A stretch of DNA of 64,000 nucleotides from Callorhinchus milii. Its lineage: Eukaryota. The position numbers and the translations under genes were made by a program. Under the pieces are notes generated by a model. It ran no database searches, was not told the origin of the DNA, and saw nothing but the letters and a program-made list of their open reading frames with translations. The DNA lies in contig NW_024704742.1 in the NCBI RefSeq assembly GCF_018977255.1, positions 47,122,001 to 47,186,000 of the forward strand. The letters run 5' to 3'. Positions 40,615 to 52,461 of the stretch are shown here, one piece after another; the first letter of the stretch is position 1, and the number at the start of each line of letters is the position of its first letter.

Positions 40615-40855
40615 CAGAACAAAAACACAAATCACTGAGAATACTCAGAGGTCAGGCAGCATCTATGGAGAAAGGAAAGTGAGTCAACATTTCGGGTCCA
40701 TGTCCCTTCATCAGAACGTTCTGATGAAGCGTTATGAATCTGAAATGTTGACTCACTTTCCTTTCTCCAAGATACTGTCTAACCTGCTGAGTGTCCCCAC
40801 CAACTTCTGTTTTTGTTTCAGATTTCCAGCATCTGCAGTATTTTGCGTTTTGTTG
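40615..40855. mobile_element. Palindromic Penelope-like (PLE-derived) element with hammerhead-type cores
   Basis: Centre at 40717/40718. Perfect arms 40706-40717/40718-40729 and 40666-40693/40742-40769. CTGATGAAG...GAAA on both strands. Confidence 0.7.
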
Positions 40856-40947
40856 TCACTTATATAGTACCTTTTATGAAGCTAAGTCTCAGAGCGCTTT
40901 AAAGAAGTATCATTCTTTGGGCTATCAAGTATCTTTTTAAATATTTT

Positions 40948-41360
40948 TAATAATAACTCTTGCTTTTGGTATAGTGCCTTTCACGTTGGGAGGACGTTCC
41001 AAAGCACTTAACAGGATTTACTATAAAGTGGACTGACTGTATTTGTAGACAAATTGCACAATTGTACACAGCATTGCCCCACAAATAACCATGGAGTGAG
41101 TCACCAATTTTGTTTGGGGTTTGTTTGGACAGGACACTAGAACTCCCTTCTCTTTTCAAGTAGTGCCATGGGATCTTTAATGTCCACCTTAACAGGCAGA
41201 CAGAACCTCAGTCTCATCCGAAGGATAGCACCTCCATCAATACAACATCCCCCAGCATGGCACTGCAGTGTCAGCTACAAATAAGTGAGGTCAAGTCCCA
41301 TCGTGGGCTTGAATCCACAACCTTCCAACACAAAAGTGGAGTGCTACGAACTGTGCCACG
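40948..41360 (-). mobile_element. DeuSINE copy
   Basis: Reverse complement colinear with 9187-9585. Further partial copies at 14755-14960(-), 22955-23210(+), 42620-42800(-) and 63830-64000(+). Confidence 0.75.
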
Positions 41361-42029
41361 CAATTAGAAAGGTTTTGAAATCAGACAGGGAGGTTACAAG
41401 GCAGAGGGATTTAAAAAGTGTTTTAGAAAGTGGTGGCAATGTCTCTAAAGAGAGACATAAAGCAGACCAGAGTTGTCAGAGCAGAGGGATGGGCTAGGGA
41501 GAAGGAATTCAGAAGATTACAGAGGTAGGATGGGGTAATGGCATGGAATTTTAAAACAAAGATCTGAAAGTGAATCCACTGAGTGATATGGAGTCAGTGG
41601 AGGCTGGCAATAATAGTGGTGAAGGGCTTGTGGTGCCTGGTACGGGAAAGCATATGGCTTTGGAATCCTATCAACAAGAGCTCATTCATCAATAATCCTA
41701 TTGTAATGGAGTCACAATCCTTAATTAGTAAATTAATATAATCACAGATCAGGCACAGCTAAACAAAGCTGAAGCAACAAATAGCCAAGAACAAATACAC
41801 GTTAGACAAATAAAACAAAAACAGTTATAAAAATGAGTCAATTTGGAGTGAAATTAAGACTGTAATCTAGTTTCAGTTGAAAGCAATGATGTTTGCTTTC
41901 GATATATAATTAATTAAAAACCTTGATTAGATTACTACCGTCTAATACTACTCAAAAGTACCAATCTATTTTAGTATCAGTCTTATTTCCCCACCAAAAG
42001 ATTCAGGTCTCACAATGGTGCATTTGGGA

Positions 42030-42235
42030 ATCTCGCTTGCTCAGCCTGAAACAGCCAGATAAAGCAGGAATGTCCCAATTTTAATCCATGGATTGTGCTG
42101 AGTTAAATTATTTCAGGCATCTTGGCAACAGCACAGCTTTGATTAGCCTTAGTACCTCTTAGTTGTAGTGAGGAAAAAACCCAGTTTCGCCAATCATGAT
42201 CAAATATCCGCTGGTTCCTGCTGGAAAGTGTGTGT
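42030..42235 (+). mobile_element. Old SINE of a further family (LmeSINE1-like by recall); related remnants at 10780-10960(-), 13545-13785, 38530-38700
   Basis: Shared blocks tgtgctgagtta, purine run, ctcctgatc, ctgctggaaagtg. Confidence 0.4.
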
Positions 42236-42329
42236 ATACATGTGAACAATATGTTCATCTATGCGCACCCGGTATCTATGTGTGTGTGCGCACATTGTAA
42301 ATCTTTTACTGCATCATTTTTGACTACAT

Positions 42330-42600
42330 ATGGAACTTCCTGTTTAGAATGGAATGCTCAGATTCCCCCCAGAGACACGCATTCTGGTTACCCAAGTCCA
42401 GGGAATATTTGCCACAGGTTGGCAAGAGTCAATGCTTGGGAACCCCAGAGCATGTGTGAGATATTGCTAAATATCAGCTAAAACCAAACAGCATGCCAGT
42501 GAAAGCATGGTCTCGAGAGCTTCCCACTGCTTGTCCAGCAAGGACCACCCTGCCCATTAGAGCTTTGACTTGCAAGGTTAAGAGGAGCGGAGTGAGACGA
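42330..42600 (-). mobile_element. Family X internal fragment
   Basis: Reverse complement gives gggtggtccttgctggacaagcagtgggaagct...ctctggggttcccaagcattgactcttgccaacctgtg. Confidence 0.7.
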
Positions 42601-43274
42601 ATCCCGGTTCCCAGTGCCCCTACAAGTCCTACCGATGAGCCAAAAATCCACCTAAACAGGCAAACAGCTGATGAAGTTCAATGCCTCATCTGAAGGATGG
42701 CATCTCTCGCTATGTAAGGTCAGTGTAGACTGTGAGCTCAAAGTCCTCAGTGGGGCTTGAAACCCACAACTTCTGACACAATGACACTGACTAACACAAT
42801 TAAGCCGACACCTTCCAACAGAACCGAGCTGAAGTGAACTCACCACGAGGTGTAGAGTGCAGTTTCAAGAGCATTTTACTGAAACATTTTATTCCCAAGC
42901 ACGGACATCCTTCACTTCGTGTTTCAAAGGGTCTGTTATTTCTGACTGTCATTAGCTATTTTCACACTTTGCCACAATTAAAATATTTTCAAAAACTTGA
43001 GAACAATTTTTAAATATGTACCTTTGTATTGCAGTTAACAGTCTGCTTAAACAATGTTATGGACAGCAATTTCAAAACTATACCATATGAACAAAATAGA
43101 TGCACGAGATATTTCCAGGTAATCGGTTTATCAATTACCTATTGGCCTAGATTGCAATAACCTAAGAGGAGTGGAGGAGAAAAGAGATCTGGGGATTCTG
43201 ATCCACAAATCTCTAAAAGTAACAACATAGGTAGATATAGCCATAAAAAAGTCAGTGGGGTCTTCGGCTTTATC

Positions 43275-43545
43275 TAATAATAATAATCCTTGCATTTGAT
43301 ATAGCACCTTATCACGTCTTCAAGATGACTCAAAGCGCTTCATAGAATATACTGTAAAGTGAATTGACTGTATATTCTGTGGGTGAAACACGGCAGCCAA
43401 TTGTGAACAGCGGTGTCCCAAAACAGTCGTGGATTGAGTGACCAAATTACAATTATTCATTTTAATCAAAGGGATTATTACCCCCGGAAAAGAGATTCGT
43501 CAATCAACTGACAACCAGCTTCCTATTTAGTGCTTGGTAAACAGA
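43275..43545 (-). mobile_element. tRNA-derived SINE (long-middle form), truncated, inserted at a CR1 fragment (43100-43275)
   Basis: Reverse complement matches 12985-13252. Confidence 0.8.
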
Positions 43546-43884
43546 GCCATTGTATGCATTAAAAGAGGCATTTATGCATATGTCCCAGAGATAATTCATA
43601 CTTTTTTGGGTTGCATTTTCAACAGGTTTAGTATAATCAGATAAAAATATATTTTATCAATTAGATTTGTCAATAAAAAATATTTTTATTTAGTTTCAGA
43701 TTTTCAGAAAAATAATAACACCCAGAAAGTTACTTGCAGTATTAAAATTTAAACTGAAAATATCCAAATTTTGCACAGCATCTCAATTTGAACAAGATCC
43801 AAATGTACTGCTCAAAAAGGAGTTGTGGCTTCTTAGCTGAAAGCAATTAGCTGTTAGGCTCTCTATTAATACTAAGCTTCAGCT

Positions 43885-44083
43885 TCAAAAAAACAATAAT
43901 AAACAAAATTGGTCATTTTCAATCTACGACTGTTTGTGGGGCATTGCTGTGCGCAATTGGCTGCCGCGTTCGCCCAAAAATATACAGTCAATTCACTTTA
44001 CAGTATGTTCTGTGAAGCGCTTTGGGACGTCCTCCCGACGTGAAAAGCGCTATATCAAATGCAAGGATTATTATTATTATTAT
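43885..44083 (+). mobile_element. SINE 3' half, CpG-intact (young)
   Basis: Core plus intact tail hairpin plus (TTA)n. Confidence 0.85.
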
Positions 44084-46413
44084 GTTCAGTATGATGGGCG
44101 AGGCGTGAGAGGATGGACAAATTTGCCAATTGATACTTTTGGCCATTAAGAACGTGAAAGACTGACCAAAACCTGTCACTATGGAAATCCTCAACAGGAC
44201 AAAATGGCATCTGTGATGTTTGGATATGGCTGGGAAGAAGGGCAAAAGGAAAGGAAAGCAGATCAGACTTAAAAAGTGGAGAAGGATGAAACATTTTTAC
44301 TCAATTGAGTTTTGAGGACCAGAAAATATTCACAAGGAATCCTTCTCCAAAAAGAAAGTGGGCAGAGTGAATGAAGTACATAATAGGGTAGGATTTGCAT
44401 TGGTCTGTGAAAGAATGGAGTTTGATGTACTAAATGGCCTTTTCACATTTCATTTTCTATGGCAGATTTCAATTCAAAGTGCCAAACCTGAAAGTAAGCG
44501 CAGTGTAGAATTCCAATGCACCCAAACATTGTGTTGCTGTGAGCAATTGTGCTGCCGTGTTGTCCATAAATACAGTCAACCCACTTGACAGTAAATTCTG
44601 TGAAGCACTTTGAGACTTCCTTCTGGCGTTATTAGGCACTGTTCCAATGCATGAATTATTATTAAAAACAAAGCAGAAATTATTATTACAGGGACAAAGC
44701 AGAACACAAGTCTGCAACTAAGAATGACTCAGAAACCAACCCATTATGTCGGTTCAGAGAGAAAGCTGAAGCCACTTTGAATGTGGAGATTAAAGAAATA
44801 CTGACGAAAAATTGCATTGCCAATGACTGGTACAGCCTTCGTTGTTCTTCAATGTGCCAAAATTCTGTGCCAAAATAAATATGCCAAAGGGGGTAAACTT
44901 AATGTTAAGATCAATTTTATATACAAAAAGATTCTTTCATGAATCAGTTATTTTCTCAAAAAAAATTAAATTTGACTCCAAATTACCCTGCATTAATGTT
45001 ATGCTCAAACACCAAAGAAATTCTAAATACATTGTACCACTGATGAATGTTTCAATGCAGTTAGAATCATAAACTGAAATTCAAAGATGAAAGTGGCACA
45101 GCTTCTGCTGTTGTCAAACACACACCAATAACAAATCAAATTAAATGTTATTGAAGCAAATCACATCACCTACTTTATTCAATGAAACTAAATGATGCAT
45201 AGAATGATCAAGGAATGCAATTCTGTCATTATGAATTATAAAAACCTACTTTCATAGCCTGGTATGACTACAACTTGCATTTATATAGCGCCTTTATGTA
45301 GAGCAGTGTGTCAGAGTACCTCCACTGAATAGAATGCGCAAAGGGAAAACATACAAAACATACCAAGTACAGCGGGGACCAGGCACCAGTATAACATTAC
45401 GCCAATTATAACAATAGGTGACAACATTGTGCAAATTTGACTACTAATTTCAAGATTAAATTACCTGCTGTAAATTGTCAATTTGTCAACAGTGTATATG
45501 TTACTTTCTACAGCAGCCAACTAAATTAGTAAAAAAAATGCAAACATTTTCACCAAAGGCGATACCCACAAGCAAAAATCTGTTCAATGATTCACTGAAA
45601 CAAACTCTACAGAAATTACAAGTTAAGTTTGAACGCGCTAGCTGGACAATAAAGTGTGAAAAGCAATGGAGATGGCAATAAGTCAAGTTTTGCCACAAAA
45701 ATGTTCTCAAGTCTGCACTTGTTAAAAATATTATTTTTGAAATGTTACTGCTCACCAAAACACACAGCCTAAATTTTGAAAAATAGGCCTCTGGCAAAGC
45801 TTCGACTAAAGAATTGTTTAAAAAACAACTAATTTCTTTGAACCTATTGTATATCGTGTGCCAGATGAAACGTTTAAGCTTCTGCCTACTCTGGTTGACA
45901 GTAAAACATTCATGTTGTTGCAGAACAAAAACTATTTGGTAATTCAGCAAAAATGTCAATTTACACAATACTGTATTGCAGAACAAGACCAAATGCAGTC
46001 CACAACAAGAAAGACATCCAGGAAAAATGTAATACAGTATACGAATCATCTACACTAATACTGACAGTCTGTCTGTCTGACAGTGTATCTAGCAATCACA
46101 CAATAACCAATTGACGTATTGGCATGATTTATAACTCATCGGGATAATCTTGCATCTGGCAGTGTCATTGGCATTTTTTTGAGGGGCTAAATCTCCTATC
46201 ATTGATGAGCTATATTAAAAAATGCTTTAATTAAGCCCCAAAATATGAAGTATTCATTGCATTCTGCAACTATGTAACAACAGAGGAAAGCACACACAGC
46301 TCAGAGAGATGCATCTATATTATGCAGCAAATGTATGGCACGTTTTTCTGGTTGTCATGAGAGCTAGAGTTCTCCCATGTGCAACTGAGAGAGAAAATAT
46401 ATCACAGGAGTCC

Positions 46414-46511
46414 GCCCACAAGAAGAGCGAATGCAGCCCACAACAAGAGCGAATGCAGCCCACAACAAGAGCGAATGCAGCCCACAACAAGAGCGAATGC
46501 AGCCCACAAGA
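46414..46511 (+). repeat. Minisatellite, 22-bp unit GCCCACAACAAGAGCGAATGCA, ~4.4 copies
   Basis: Direct reading. Confidence 0.95.
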
Positions 46512-47029
46512 AGGAAGATATCCAGGAAAAAAATAACACAGTATAGGAATTATAATATAATAATTTCTTACATTTCCAAAAATATACTTTCCTGAAGCAT
46601 GCTATACTATAATGACACTGTTATTGTCCAAGCTATTTTTTGATTGCGACCATGTTAAAAGGAAGTTTTTTTAAAAAATGAAGAGATCTTTCAGGGACGG
46701 ACTGATGTAGTGAGCTACCAATCTATTTGCTGATTGACAATAATTCTTGTATTTGATATATAGCACCTTTCACCTTGGGAGGATGTCTCAAAGCACTTCA
46801 CTGGATTCACTGTAAAATGCAGTCACTGTATTTTGTAGGCAAATCCGCTACACAATGGAAGTCATAGTCCGAGGCAAAAAAGGAAGTAATGGAGCCAAAT
46901 AACAAACTACCTTTGATAGTGAAATATTAAATTAAAATTTTGAATAATGTTGTGCTCCCCTCTAAAACTATTTGTATTGCTTTTTTTTAAAAATATACAA
47001 ACATGAATCATATATTATATATATCTTAG

Positions 47030-48395
47030 CTGAACATAGACAAACAGAGGCCATAATCCTTGGCTCCCGTCAATGCCTTCTCTCCTGCAGTTCTGACCTC
47101 TTCAACTTCCCCAGCCTATCCTCAAGACTTAAGCTCGACATCAGGTTCCATACCCGGCTGTCCTTCCTACCTACATCCGTTCCCTAACCACAACCGCTTT
47201 CCTCCACCTCCATTATATTGCCCACCTCCGACCTATCTTACACCCAATGCAGGCAAGCTTTCAGGCATATTTTTGTCACCTTCCGTTTTGATTATTCCAA
47301 CGCCCTTCTCACCAGTCAAAAATCCGTCACCTGTACATTCGCCCACTCTAAACTCCATATCCCCATCACACCAGTCCTCGCCAGACTCCAGTGGCTACCT
47401 ATCACAAAATGGAGGGGAAAAGGGACTTCCAGCGGGCCAAAGCAAATAGGCCAGGCAGAGAAGAGGGGTGTGAGCAGGTTTGAAAGATAGGAAGGTGCTC
47501 GGGCATAAAGTGATTTGTAGGCAAGTGTGAAAATCCTCCTTGATCGCCTCCTTTCATCGACCTTCATAAGACTGCACTTTCTTGCTTCCAATCAAACCTC
47601 TCCCATTCTTTCTATATCATTTTCACTTATTAAATCTCCATTACCATGGAGTATCCAAACTACATACAACTTATATTTAAATAACGCCCTTCACACAGAA
47701 TAGGTCTATGGGTGCATACAACAACAACAAAATTACATTTGGAAAGCGCCTTTCACGTCGGGAGGACAGAATTACAGACCCGAGCTGGGGGTCGGGGAGG
47801 GGTAGTGGGGGGGGCGGGGAAAGCAGGGAGATCGAAAACACGGTTGAAGAGGAGGGTCTTGAGATAGGTCTTGAATAATAATAATCCTTGCATTTGATAT
47901 AGCGCTTTTCACGTCTTCTAGACATCCCAAAGCGCTTCACAGAATATACTGTAAAGTGAATTGACTGTATATTTGTTGGCGAACATATTTCATAATTTGG
48001 AAATATTGTACATTTGAAGGTGGCGAGGGAGACGGCGAAGTGGAGGGACTGCAGGATGGAGTTCCAGAGGGTGGGGGCAGAGTGGTGGAGGGCCCGCCTG
48101 CCAATAGTGGGGCCAGCGAGGTGGGTACATGAAGCAGGCTGGAGTCTGCTGATCGGAGGGAGTGAGCAGGATGGGAGGGGGTTAGGAGGTTGCAGAGGTC
48201 GGGGGAAGCAAGACCATGGAGGGCTTTAAAAGTGAGAACCAGGATCTTGAACTGTATCCTCTGTATGATGGGAAGCCAGTGGAGTTGGGCAAGGATGGGA
48301 GTAATTGGGTCGCGGAGCCTAGGACGGGAGAGGACACAGGCTGCAGAGTTCTAGATGATCTGCAGCCTATGGAGGGAGGAGTTGGGGAGGCCGAC
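47030..48395. mobile_element. L2/SINE cluster (47030-47410 +, 47440-47530 -, 47720-47875 -, SINE tail 47875-47985 -, 48015-48395 -)
   Basis: FDYSNALL and HIPITPVLARLQWLPIT. The minus L2 is interrupted by a SINE tail. Confidence 0.8.
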
Positions 48396-48804
48396 ATACA
48401 TACAGAGGAGAACCGTTACCACACTATAAAACCACAACCCCATAACAAGAATGATAGCAGATTTCACTGCACATTTGACTGAATCGCGCCATAGGTATAA
48501 CATAACATGTAGGAGTAGGAGTAGGCCATTCGGCCCTTCGAGCCTGCCCCGCCATTCAATCATGGCTGATCTTCTAATCTAACTCCAGCTAATAACCGAA
48601 CCCTGCCTTATCCCCATATCCCTTAATCCCTTTTACAATAAGATCAGTCAGTTTCTGTGCTAAAAGTAAAATGTCTGACTTCCAAGACATTAGGTCACCA
48701 CCAACATCACTTCTCATTTGCTGCGCATATAATGGCAATCTAATGTCATGGAAGTCAGTCATTTTAGCGCAAAACCTAGTCAGCACACAGGGAATTTACC
48801 CACG

Positions 48805-48924
48805 CCTGGAATGGAGTGCATATTCTCTCCCCAAAGGAATGAATCCTGCTCACGCAATATTCAGAAGTATCAACCACAGGAGAGCAAGAACTATGGCTTG
48901 AGGGCCCAAGAGTATACGCTAAGG
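48805..48924 (-). mobile_element. Family X 3'-part fragment
   Basis: Reverse complement contains gtgagcaggat...ggagagaatatgcactccattcca. Confidence 0.55.
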
Positions 48925-49018
48925 CAGGGTGGTCCAACCACTTGGCTGCTGAGGACTGGATTTGAGAAATGTCTGCAGGCCACATACACAATATTTTTGT
49001 GTTTCCCTTCCAGAAACT
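48925..49018 (-). mobile_element. Terminal fragment of the same hAT element (TIR CAGGGTGGTCCAAC)
   Basis: Reverse complement aligns to 6690-6780 and supplies the TIR that is decayed there. Confidence 0.6.
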
Positions 49019-49082
49019 TAACACAACAATGAAACGCACCTTTTTCACATTGGAGGGACGTCACAAAGCGCTCAATATTGCT

Positions 49083-49506
49083 GGCTGGGCGCCTGAGCTG
49101 GGGCTGGGCACCTGAGCTGGGGCTGGGCACCTGAGCTGGACACCTGAGCTGGGGCTGGGCGCCTGAGCTGGGGCTGGGCGCCTGAGCTGGGGCTGGGCGC
49201 CTGAGCTGGGGCTGGGCGCCTGAGCTGGGGCTGGGCGCCTGAGCTGGGGCTGGGCGCCTGAGCTGGGGCTGGGCGCCTGAGCTGGGGCTGGGCGCCTGAG
49301 CTGGGGCTGGGCGCCTGAGCTGGGGCTGGGCGCCTGAGCTGGGGCTGGGCGCCTGAGCTGGGGCTGGGCGCCTGAGCTGGGGCTGGGCGCCTGAGCTGGG
49401 GCTGGGCGCCTGAGCTGGGGCTGGGCGCCTGAGCTGGGGCTGGGCGCCTGAGCTGGGGCTGGGCGCCTGAGCTGGGGCTGGGCGCCTGAGCTGGGGCTGG
49501 GCGCCT
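49083..49506 (+). repeat. Minisatellite, 19-bp unit CCTGAGCTGGGGCTGGGCG, ~22 copies
   Basis: Direct reading; near-perfect units after ~49143. Confidence 0.97.
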
Positions 49507-50267
49507 AGATGGGGACCGAGGGTGGTATGAGGGTTGAGGGTTTCTGCTGACTGAATTAAAGCATTTTGAAATTTGCCCTCAAACCTTTTCAATGTTGATT
49601 TTCCACTCTCCATCTTCATATGTTTAGCTTTTTAAGATTCCTTTCCTTTGGCCCCACCCAAAATACACAAATTTATACATGTTTACTTTTTTTAAAAAAG
49701 ATATATTTTCTGTATAAAATTTAATAAAGATTAAACCTCTTCCTCCATTTAGTGAGTCACTTTTGATATTTTAGAGGGTATCCCTGTTGCAATACAACTA
49801 TTACATCCACAAACTCACAACAAAGCACATCTAAACAAGACTGCTTTCTGGATTGCGCAATATGCAGATGAAATAACATAAATGGATAATCCAACTAGCC
49901 TGAAGATAGCCTTTTTTAAAAAAAACCATAGGAAGCCAGCCATTTGGCTCTGGAAGTTGGATGTGTCACACATCCAGGTATAACCTGGAGCCATAATAAC
50001 ACTGAATAACATGCACTAAACAAGGGAATGTTATAACTGAGTTATCCAGATTTGGAGGGGAAAAAAACAGTTCAATAAAATTGGAATTGGCATTTGAATA
50101 TCCAACTTTTTTTGTGACAATGTATTTTAAGTAAAATGTTTTGATGAATTCTAGCTAAACAACTTTAGATTTTACTGTCGTTCAAAAAGCTTTTAAACTT
50201 TAAAGTCTGAAAATTTAACATTTTTAATTCAAATATACTCTACCAATGGATCAATAGTCCAGCTAGC

Positions 50268-51625
50268 ATATAAGAACATAAGAATAAAAGAAATAGGAGC
50301 AGGAGTAGGCCATTCAGCCCCTCGAGCCTGCCCCTCCATTTAATAAGATCATGGTTGATCTAACCTAATTCCATTTACCAGCCATTTCCCCTTTAGAATA
50401 GCCCTGAAGTTTTTAAAAATCTATGATCTCAGTCTTGAATAATGTTCAATGACTGAGCATCCACAGTTTTCTGGGGTAGAGAATCCATAAATTCACTACC
50501 CTCTGAATGATGAAATGTTTTCTCAACTCAGTTCTAAAGGGATGACCTTTAATCCTGAGCCTATGACCCCTAGGTTTAGATTCTCCAACCAGGGGAAACA
50601 GTCTCACACTATCTATCCTGTCAAGACCCTTAAGAATCTTATAGGTTTCTATAAGATCACCTCTAATTCTTCTATATTCTAGAGAATATAGGCCTAATTT
50701 ACTCAACCTCTCCTTGTAGGTCAACCCCCTCGGAACCAATCTCGTGAATCTACGCTGCACCCCCTCAAAGGCGAGTATATCCTTTATTAAATAAGGAGAC
50801 CAAAGCTGCACACAATATTCCAGATGCGGTCTCACCGAGGCCCTCTACAATTGCAGCAAGACTTCCATACTCTTGTACTCTAACCCCTTTGCAATGAACG
50901 CTAACATGGCATTAGCCTTCCTAATTGCTTGCTTTACCTGCACACTAACTTGCTGTGATTGGTGTACAAGGGCACCTAAATCCCTCTGAATACTAACACT
51001 ATCTAGTCTCTCCCCCTCTAGAAAATAGTCTGCTTTTCTACTTTTTCTACCTAGGTGAATAACTTCACACTTCCCCACATTGTACTCCATCTGCCACTTT
51101 CTTGGCCACTCACTTAACCTGTCTGTATCCCTTTGCATCCTCCTTGTGTCCTCCTCACAGCTCACTTTCCCACCTAGCTTTGTATCGTCTGCAAATTTAG
51201 ATACATTTAAGCTCTATTTCCTCATCTAAGTCATTGATGTAGACTGTAAACAGTTGAGGCCCAAGCACACTGATCCTTGCGGTACTCTACTAGTCACATC
51301 CTGCCAATCTGAGAAGGACCCATCTATCCCTACTCTCTATTTTCTGCCTGTTAACCACTCTTCAATCCATGCTAATATATTACCCTTAATTCCATGAGAC
51401 CTAATGTTATGTAACAATCTTTTATGTGGTACCTTGTCAAATGCCTTCTGAAAATCCAAGTACACTATATCCACTGGTTCCCCCCATCTAACCTGCTAGC
51501 TAACATCGTCAAAAAACTCTAAAAGATTTATTGAACACAATTTCCCTTTCATAAAACCATGTTGACTCTACCTAATCGCATTATGACTTTCTAAGTGCCC
51601 CACCACAACATCCCTAACTGTAGAC
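50268..51625 (-). mobile_element. CR1 LINE 3' portion (degenerate ORF2 RT C-terminus plus 3'UTR)
   Basis: ORFs RPHLEYCVQLWSPY...RGDLIETYKILKG and WQMEYNVGKCEVIHLG are CR1 hallmarks. Tail aagaacataagaa...ggagtaggccattcagccc. Confidence 0.92.
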
Positions 51626-51679
51626 TCTGAAATACGAAATTTCAAAACCCAGATATAAGGAGGGGAAAAATTATACAAT

Positions 51680-52050
51680 ACAAAATTATATTTGTAAAGT
51701 GCCTTTCACATCAGGACGACGTTCCAATGTGCTGAAAAAGTCAGGGATTAGGACTCAAGCGGGTGGTAGGTTGGGATCAGGGAGGGTGGAGGGCAGAGAA
51801 GGTATGAGGGTGGCCGAAGCCATGGTCGAGGAGGAGGGTTTTAAGACACACCTTTAAGGAGGCAAGGGAGGGAGCAAGGCAAAGGGAATGTGGGACGGAA
51901 TTCCAGAGGGTGGGGGCAGAGAGGCTGAAGGGGTGACCGCCAATGATGGGGCGGCCGGCTGGGGACATGGAGCAGGCCAGACAGAGTCTGCTGAGCGGAG
52001 GGGGAGGGTAGGTTGATAAAGGGTTAGCAGGTCGCAGAGGTTGGAGGGGC
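51680..52050 (-). mobile_element. L2 3' fragment
   Basis: FSLSAPTLWNSVP...LKVCLKTLLLD. Confidence 0.85.
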
Positions 52051-52461
52051 AACACCTCATTTTCAGATTTCCACTCCCAATTAATATCCAGTGACCTCTG
52101 TTGGAGATGCAAATATGTGATTGTTAGGAAGAAAGGATGGGGTTTGGTTATACTATAACATGCTCACAGTCAAAATAATTTGTGAACACAATCTATCTAG
52201 AGTCACACAAAAAAAACACTCAATCAACTTGTAACCATGGTTTGCCCCCAGTAGTAAGGAAAAATGAGGTGAGAGTTAGGGGAGAAGATTGGTGGAGAAA
52301 AAAAATTAAGCAAAAAAAAATTAAAGTTCTACACTGGCCACCCATTCCTTTTTTTATAAGGGATATTTCAAAACATTACTCTGCTGGGAAAAATTCCACA
52401 ACTGCAACTGTGTATTGCCCCAATAATATTTCTACAAAATAGTCATATCATTTTACATTAT

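Noticed and set aside
45501..46049. 182-aa minus-strand ORF (also 26139-26561)
   Set aside because: No recognisable homology or splice context. Intronic or UTR AT-rich chance ORFs.
46414..46511. CRISPR-like regular repeats (also 49083-49506)
   Set aside because: Head-to-tail tandem units with no unique spacers, no cas genes, and a vertebrate context.
49083..49506. Genuine immunoglobulin switch region
   Set aside because: No Ig V, J or C exons in the window. The array lies in RELL1 intron 1 and appears L2-derived.
48891..49619. 242-aa Pro/Ala/Gln-rich ORF
   Set aside because: Translation of the 19-bp minisatellite, which has no stop on that strand.
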